Origin: Myxococcota bacterium
Lineage (GTDB): Bacteria; Myxococcota_A; UBA796; GCA-2862545
Assembly (NCBI GenBank): GCA_039208735.1
Contig: JBCCQY010000091.1
Location: 1 to 36,140, forward strand
DNA: 36,140 nt
Direction: 5' to 3'
A model generated the notes under the pieces. It made no database searches. It was not told where the DNA came from and saw only the letters and a list, made by a program, of their open reading frames with translations. How positions within the stretch are numbered: the stretch's first letter is position 1; each line of letters starts with the position of its first letter. Below, in pieces: positions 30,938 through 36,140 of the stretch. The position numbers and the translations under genes are program-made.

Positions 30938-30971
30938 CCCGCTTCCCCCACTTTACACCACTTTCCCCCAC
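30938..30971 (-). promoter_or_regulatory. MraZ operator (direct repeats at 10-bp periodicity)
   Basis: Minus strand GTGGGggaaa GTGGTgtaaa GTGGGggaa GCGGG, about 40-70 nt upstream of mraZ; matches the known TGGGN/GTGG MraZ repeats. Confidence 0.85.
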
Positions 30972-31195
30972 CCGCAAGACGACGGCGCGTGAAGCAAGGG
31001 GGCCTCAGGCTCAGCGATCCTTGCCTCGAAGCTAAAGAGTTTACGACTCTACACCGACGCGCGCACTCGGGTTTCCCAGCCCGTGAAGGCTCCATGAGCC
31101 CCACAATCGGCCCCCCGACGAGACCGGGTTCCCACTTTCTCCCACCCGTCGTGCCGCGAACGGCCGAACCGCGCGAAGCTGGATACGACATGGTC

Positions 31196-31657
31196 ATGGC
31201 CAAACCAGCCGCGAATGGCGACCGCGTCTTGATCGACAACCGACGGGCACGCCACGAGTTCGAACTTGTTGAAACCATCGAGGCCGGCATGGCCTTGCTG
31301 GGCAGCGAAGTGAAGTCGCTGCGGCAAGGCAACGCAAACCTCGCCGAGGCCTACGTGCGCCTCCAGCCTGAAGGGGCCAGTCTGGTCGGGTGTCACATCG
31401 CTCCCTACGCCGAGGCGAACCGCCAGAACCACGAACCCACGCGGCCGCGCCGCTTGTTGTTGCACCGCCATCAGCTGACAAAGCTTGAACGTGCGGTCAA
31501 GCAGCGAGGCATGACGGTCGTACCCGTCAAGATGTACCTGAAGAATCGACGAGTGAAGCTCGAGATTGCACTGGCCCGAGGCAAGCGCCTGCACGACAAG
31601 CGTCATGACCTCAAGGCTCGGGATGCGAAGCGGGAGATCGCCCGCACACGCAGCTGA
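31196..31657 (+). CDS. smpB: SsrA-binding protein SmpB
   Basis: NRRARHEF, EAGMALLGSEVKSLR, HIAPY, RRLLLH, GKRLHDKR motifs. Alternative start 31190. Confidence 0.98.
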   Translation: MAKPAANGDRVLIDNRRARHEFELVETIEAGMALLGSEVKSLRQGNANLAEAYVRLQPEGASLVGCHIAPYAEANRQNHEPTRPRRLLLHRHQLTKLERAVKQRGMTVVPVKMYLKNRRVKLEIALARGKRLHDKRHDLKARDAKREIARTRS

Positions 31658-31712
31658 TCAGGTCGCCAGCGACAGATTGCTCCCGGCTGGACGCGAAGAT
31701 AAGCCCCGCCCC

Positions 31713-33065
31713 ATGGAAGATCTACGCTCGTACGCTCCCTTCGGCGTAGCCGCACTTGTCGGGCTACTCGGCTTCGCGGCTGGTGATTGGTCGTTGTTGG
31801 TCTGGCTCATCGCCGCGGCCATTGCTTGTGGAGGGGTCGTCTGGCTCGAGACGCGCTGGGGCATTTTCGCCACTGCGCTGCTTGGGCTGGGCGCTAGCAG
31901 CTACCTCTTCTCCCGCAAACTCGACTCGAGTGGTTTCGAGTTGTGCGCCGTCAACAGCGTTCAAAACTGTGACCTCGTCAACTCATCGGCCGCTTCCGAG
32001 ATCGCTGGTGTACCCATTGCCCTGTTGGGATGTGGGTATTTCCTAGGCTTAGCTGCCGCCGCGGCTCTAAACACCGACGAACAACGCCAGCCGCTGTTCC
32101 GCGTGACCCTGCTGACCGCGGCGGCGGGCTGCCTGTATTCGCTGTACCTGTTCAGCCAAATGATGCAGCTCGGGGCGATCTGCCCGATGTGCTACGCGAT
32201 CTACATGTCGTGCGGCATTCTGGTGTGGGCGGGACTTCGGGGACTTCAACAGACAGGCGGCACGCCCCTCGACGAATTGGGCGACACCGCTTCCTCCACG
32301 AGCTTCGTGACCGTCTTCGGCACCCTTGTCGCGGTCGTGCTCATCGGAATGAGCAACTACAACAGCCGTGGAACCGGAACTGCCACGGCCAAGCCTGTCG
32401 ACCCCGACGATGCCGACGCGGTTGAGCAACTACGCACGATGTATGCTCCACCCAGTGGCGAAGTGGCGCTTCAAGGGGACGAACCGGTGCTCGGTGACCC
32501 TAACGCGCCCTACATCGTGCTGGAGTACGCGGACTTTGGATGCCCGCACTGTGCGATGGCCGCGGTTCAGCTTAAAGAACTCGTGAAGCAACATCCCGAA
32601 ATCCAAGTTCGGTTCCGGCCCTTCGCGTTGTCCGGCGCCTGCAACCCTGCCCTTCCCCCATCGAAGGATGGCATCGACCGTTGCCGCGCCGCAATGGCGG
32701 CGGAATGTGCCACAAATCAAGGCCGTTTCTGGGATTACAGCGCGTTGGTGTTTGCCAATCAGCGTGATCTCTCGGATGCCGCCCTCGAAGCTGCGGCTCA
32801 GCAAGCCGGACTTGATGTGGAAGCGTGGAAGACCTGCATGCAAGAGGTCGACACCGCGAGTGCGGTCGTCGCCGATGCAGAAGCTGGATTCCGGGCTGGC
32901 GTCCGCGGCACTCCCACCCTCTTCTTGAAGGGCGTTCAAGGGGATCGATGGCTGGATGTATGTGCGGGCCCTGAAGGCATCCTGATGTTGACGCAACTCC
33001 ACCAGGACGGCTCTGCCATCCCCGATCCGAAGTTTGGCAGCTGCGAAGAGGCGCACGGGCACTAG
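31713..33065 (+). CDS. VKOR - DsbA/thioredoxin fusion disulfide-bond formation protein
   Basis: VKOR loop cysteines (CAVNSVQNCDLVNSS..S.IAGVP) and membrane CPMC; DsbA domain EYADFGCPHC with cis-Pro loop GTPT. Confidence 0.9.
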   Translation: MEDLRSYAPFGVAALVGLLGFAAGDWSLLVWLIAAAIACGGVVWLETRWGIFATALLGLGASSYLFSRKLDSSGFELCAVNSVQNCDLVNSSAASEIAGVPIALLGCGYFLGLAAAAALNTDEQRQPLFRVTLLTAAAGCLYSLYLFSQMMQLGAICPMCYAIYMSCGILVWAGLRGLQQTGGTPLDELGDTASSTSFVTVFGTLVAVVLIGMSNYNSRGTGTATAKPVDPDDADAVEQLRTMYAPPSGEVALQGDEPVLGDPNAPYIVLEYADFGCPHCAMAAVQLKELVKQHPEIQVRFRPFALSGACNPALPPSKDGIDRCRAAMAAECATNQGRFWDYSALVFANQRDLSDAALEAAAQQAGLDVEAWKTCMQEVDTASAVVADAEAGFRAGVRGTPTLFLKGVQGDRWLDVCAGPEGILMLTQLHQDGSAIPDPKFGSCEEAHGH

Positions 33066-33067
33066 CG

Positions 33068-33922
33068 GTGAGCGTCGAGGTTCAGATCTCAGGCGTCCCT
33101 CGGACCCAGCTTGACCGCATCGTCGGCGTCGTGTTCGCTCATGGCGCCACAGGGCTTCACGAAGACTGGATGCCCGATGCAAATCCGCACTTCGTTCAAC
33201 CCTGGGAAGATCGCGCGGACCCGGTACCCGACCCCGTCTTCCTTCGAGCTTGGTTCGACGAACTCGACGCACCGTCACTGATGCGCGCGTTGGCCGATCA
33301 CGGCTTCGACGACGTCGCCATTGGACCGGTCGACCCCAAAGACTGGCAAGCCGCAGCGCAGGAGCATCATGCGCCGGTGGTGATTTCTCCACGACTGACG
33401 GTGGCTCCCCCATGGGATGCTCCTGAAGGCGCCCTCATCATCGAGCCCGGCCGAGGCTTCGGCACGGGGGCCCACCCCACCACCCAGTTGGCGTTGCATC
33501 GACTCGAGGCCCTGGCCGACGACCATCGGACACTCCTCGACGTGGGTACGGGGTCGGGGGTCATTGCACTCGCCGCCGCCAAGCTCGGACTGCAGGCCAT
33601 GGGGATCGATAACGATCCCGATGCCGTAGCCGACGCCCGGAGGCAGCGACAGCGCAACGCCATGGACGTCGAACTCCACACCACCCCGGTCGACCAGTTG
33701 ACCGATCGCTTCGATTTGGTCATCGCGAACTTGCACGGACCCTTGCTCGTTCGTCTGGCCGAGCCCATTCTCGCGCGAACCGGACGAACGCTCTTCATCA
33801 CGGGCATTCTTCCCGAGCATGAAGCCGAAGTAGCCGAAGCTTATCGATCGTTCGAAATGACCGGGCGCTTCACCGACGATCCTTGGATCGGACGACAGTA
33901 CCGATGCCCCACGTCCGCTTAG
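33068..33922 (+). CDS. prmA: Ribosomal protein L11 methyltransferase
   Basis: PPW, IEPGRGFGTGAHPTT, LDVGTGSG, IANL motifs; upstream of rsmE. Confidence 0.92.
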   Translation: MSVEVQISGVPRTQLDRIVGVVFAHGATGLHEDWMPDANPHFVQPWEDRADPVPDPVFLRAWFDELDAPSLMRALADHGFDDVAIGPVDPKDWQAAAQEHHAPVVISPRLTVAPPWDAPEGALIIEPGRGFGTGAHPTTQLALHRLEALADDHRTLLDVGTGSGVIALAAAKLGLQAMGIDNDPDAVADARRQRQRNAMDVELHTTPVDQLTDRFDLVIANLHGPLLVRLAEPILARTGRTLFITGILPEHEAEVAEAYRSFEMTGRFTDDPWIGRQYRCPTSA

Positions 33923-34587
33923 ATGCGCCCGTTCCTGTCAACGGCACGACACTTCTAGATGCTGCGACGTCCCACCATCTCCTCCGGGTACGTCGACTAC
34001 CACGAGATGCCACGTTCATCGTGAGCGATGGGGAGGGCTCGCTCGCCCAGGCCCAGCTCATCGATGTTCGGGATGGACGAGCCACATTGCGCATTGTCGG
34101 TCCGTGGTCTGCCGGACCTCCGAGGCCTCCGCGCCACCTCGTATGGGCCATTCCCAAGGGACCTGCCCTTGAAACCGGACTGCGCATGGCGGTAGAAGCC
34201 GGCGTTACCGCCATCCATCTCGCGCTGGGGGCGCGTTCCGTACCTCGGTCAGACCGACACGATCGATGGCACCGGATCATCGCCTCAGCGTGTGCACAGT
34301 GTGGACGCGCCGACCATCCGCATCTCGATCCGCTTTGGCCCACCCTCGCTCAGGCCATCGACCAGGTTCCTGAAGCCGTGCAAGGCTACATCGCAGCCCC
34401 CGGAGCCGGAAAGCCCGCACTCGCCGGCGAAGGAAGAGCGGTCGCCATCGGACCTGAAGGAGGATTTGCCCCTCATGAACTCGACCACCTACTCGACCAT
34501 GGCTGGCAACCCCTTGGGCTCGGACCGCACGTGTTGCGAAGCGATACCGCGGCGGCCATCGGCGTAGCTCGTCTCAATCAGGATTGA
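33904..34587 (+). CDS. rsmE: 16S rRNA m3U1498 methyltransferase RsmE
   Basis: HHLLRVRR, QCGR, IGPEGGF, LGPHVLRSDTA SPOUT motifs. Confidence 0.92.
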   Translation: MPHVRLDAPVPVNGTTLLDAATSHHLLRVRRLPRDATFIVSDGEGSLAQAQLIDVRDGRATLRIVGPWSAGPPRPPRHLVWAIPKGPALETGLRMAVEAGVTAIHLALGARSVPRSDRHDRWHRIIASACAQCGRADHPHLDPLWPTLAQAIDQVPEAVQGYIAAPGAGKPALAGEGRAVAIGPEGGFAPHELDHLLDHGWQPLGLGPHVLRSDTAAAIGVARLNQD

Positions 34588-34852
34588 GGGCACGCTTGAG
34601 GCCTTTGCCTGAACGAAAGACCGGAATCTTGCGCGAGGGGATGTACATCGGCTTGCCGTCTTTGGGGTTGTGGCCCTCGAACGACGTACGCTGTGAGACC
34701 GTGAACGTTCCAAAATCCGAGATGGTTACTCGCTCACCGCGGAGGAGTGCATCGGAGATCGCTTCGATCACAATATCGAGGTATTGCGCGGCCCGAACCT
34801 TTGGGATGGCCGCACGGAGGGCCAGCTCACTCGTGAGGTCGGCCTTGTTCAT
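34574..34852 (-). CDS. HU/IHF-family DNA-binding protein (copy 2)
   Basis: MNKADL, V.I.DFGTF.V..R, NPK.G..M.IP....PVFRSGK.LK. Alternative start 34855. Confidence 0.95.
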   Translation of the reverse strand: MNKADLTSELALRAAIPKVRAAQYLDIVIEAISDALLRGERVTISDFGTFTVSQRTSFEGHNPKDGKPMYIPSRKIPVFRSGKGLKRALNPD

Positions 34853-34957
34853 CATCGACTCCCGAGGTGCGCCGTTCGCGCCCTCGGGATCGGGTAACCG
34901 AATCGCTGCCGTGACCGAGGCCCGTCCTACGTACGTTCGAGGACGGGTACTCGGAAA

Positions 34958-35236
34958 TCAGGCTGGGTTGAGGGCGTTCTTGAGGCCCTTGCCCGCACGG
35001 AACACCGGGATGCGGCGCGCCGGCACCTGCATGGGCTGACCATTCTTGGGGTTGTGACCCTCGAATGCCGAACGCTGCGAGACGGTAAACGTCCCGAAGT
35101 CGGAGATGGTGACCTTCTCGTCACGGACGAGGGCCTCCTGAATGGCCGTGGTCAGGATGTTGATGTAGTTCGCCGCGCGAACCTTGGGGATTCCCCCGCG
35201 CTGGGCGAGCACTTCGGTCAGATCCGCCTTGTTCAT
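34958..35236 (-). CDS. HU/IHF-family DNA-binding protein (copy 1)
   Basis: Same HU fold motifs; GAGGAG SD; 65/92 residues identical to the neighbouring copy (counted by hand). Confidence 0.95.
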   Translation of the reverse strand: MNKADLTEVLAQRGGIPKVRAANYINILTTAIQEALVRDEKVTISDFGTFTVSQRSAFEGHNPKNGQPMQVPARRIPVFRAGKGLKNALNPA

Positions 35237-35400
35237 GGCATCTCCTCTTCGCTGATGGGACGTGGGTCGCTCCCGAAAACCAAATTCTCCAAATTTGGGC
35301 TCTTACGCCTGCACAGGGTTTGCCCAGAGTAGGCGTCGCCGAGATTCGAAACGTTCGGCATCGGGGGTGTCAGCTCCTACTGTGTGCGTCTGACGGATAC

Positions 35401-35429
35401 TTTCTAGGCGTATTGGACGAACCTTGCAA
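35401..35429 (-). promoter_or_regulatory. Candidate sigma70 promoter of the HU pair
   Basis: TTGCAA, 17-bp spacer, TAGAAA (imperfect -10) in the 300-bp intergenic region. Confidence 0.3.
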
Positions 35430-35537
35430 GCGCCGCGCAACGTTTTTCTCCAACGTTCAAGCTGCCATCTGCGGCGATGCATGCTGGTTTGGCTTTTATG
35501 GCTTTTTTCTTGAAGTCCCGGTTTTGAACCTAGGACC

Positions 35538-36140
35538 TTAGAAATCCGCCAATCCTGTAGCGACGAGCAGGACTTTCGGAATCATCCGGATCTTCAGAGG
35601 AAGATGGCCCGCAAGTTCGCCATCGAGATCCACCATGACGTCGCGCGAGGACGAGCTGAGTTCCACATTCACCACGGTCGCCCTCACGACTTCGGGGATC
35701 CGATCCACCGTTCCCAGGTAGAGCCTCGGTACGCCAACCAGCATCCGAAGAGCGGGAAGCTCTGGAATCAACGTCATTTCGAACTGTCCGTCTTGCATGG
35801 AACCCCCACGGCCGAGCCACATGCCGTTGCCGCAATACGCGCCATTGGCAAAGAAGCTCGCGGCAAGTCGGCCAGTCCACTGTTGTTCGATCCCGTTTTG
35901 GAGGCGATAGCGCACCGCAACTTCGGTGATGCGTCGCTCGATCACCGCGCGGACCGTGGCCGAGGCGAACGTGACCAAACCGCCCCATTCCTTGTTGCTT
36001 TCGTTGGCCAGTTCCACCACCCGGCCATTCATGCCTGCGCCTGCCACATTGGCGCTTAGTCGCAATCGCGGACGGCCATCTTGCCCTTCGACCTCGACGA
36101 GTAGGGCGTCAGCGGGGCGAGGGGGGGCGGAAAGGGCCAG
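35538..36140 (-). CDS. Diacylglycerol/lipid kinase family protein (YegS-like), 5' end outside the window
   Basis: N..GAG, FANGAYCGNGM, DGQFE, DLDGE motifs; frame stays open to the window edge. Confidence 0.88.
   Translation of the reverse strand: MALSAPPRPADALLVEVEGQDGRPRLRLSANVAGAGMNGRVVELANESNKEWGGLVTFASATVRAVIERRITEVAVRYRLQNGIEQQWTGRLAASFFANGAYCGNGMWLGRGGSMQDGQFEMTLIPELPALRMLVGVPRLYLGTVDRIPEVVRATVVNVELSSSSRDVMVDLDGELAGHLPLKIRMIPKVLLVATGLADF

Noticed and set aside
30509..31189. N-terminal extensions in the ORF track (smpB from 30509; likewise rsmH, purA, murC, murD, murF)
   Set aside because: They overlap neighbouring genes; downstream starts match SD positions, stop/start overlaps or the family N-termini.
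33904..34587. RsmE motif changes (EQC to AQC, LRxET to LRSDT) as a second pseudo-enzyme
   Set aside because: The SAM-binding GPEGG and LG..LR motifs are intact, so the changes fit ordinary divergence.
8961..34947. GGACGGG/CCCGTCC stems at 8961 and 34921 as a REP-like family
   Set aside because: Arms are in opposite order with unrelated loops, and only two short GC-rich instances.

Overview
High-GC bacterial core-genome window. Gene content and the Fur-box style suggest a Myxococcota/deltaproteobacterium-like organism (inference). Left to right: a small accessory stretch (Cys/His-rich orphan ORF, tandem Fur-type operator, decayed gene) downstream of tRNA-Lys/tRNA-Glu; purA; dprA plus a short Smg-like ORF; the rimP-nusA-ylxR/ylxQ-infB-DUF503 operon ending in a SPOR-domain gene; pal-like and cpoB; two convergent glycosyltransferases; a 6S-like RNA convergent with ftsZ; a dcw cluster (mraZ-rsmH-ftsL-ftsI-murE-murF-mraY-murD-ftsW-murC-murB-like-ftsQ-ftsZ); smpB, a VKOR-DsbA fusion, prmA, rsmE; two tandem HU-family genes; and a partial DAG-kinase-family gene. 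Most unusual is the remodelled dcw cluster: it lacks murG, ddl and ftsA, keeps an intact MurB homologue whose catalytic and FAD-binding motifs appear replaced, and has a highly structured spacer where ddl usually lies. Also notable are the HU pair with an atypical FEGHNP arm and a Pal carrying an Ig-like insert. No CRISPR array, integrase or transposase was seen. All calls are from reading motifs by eye; no searches were run.
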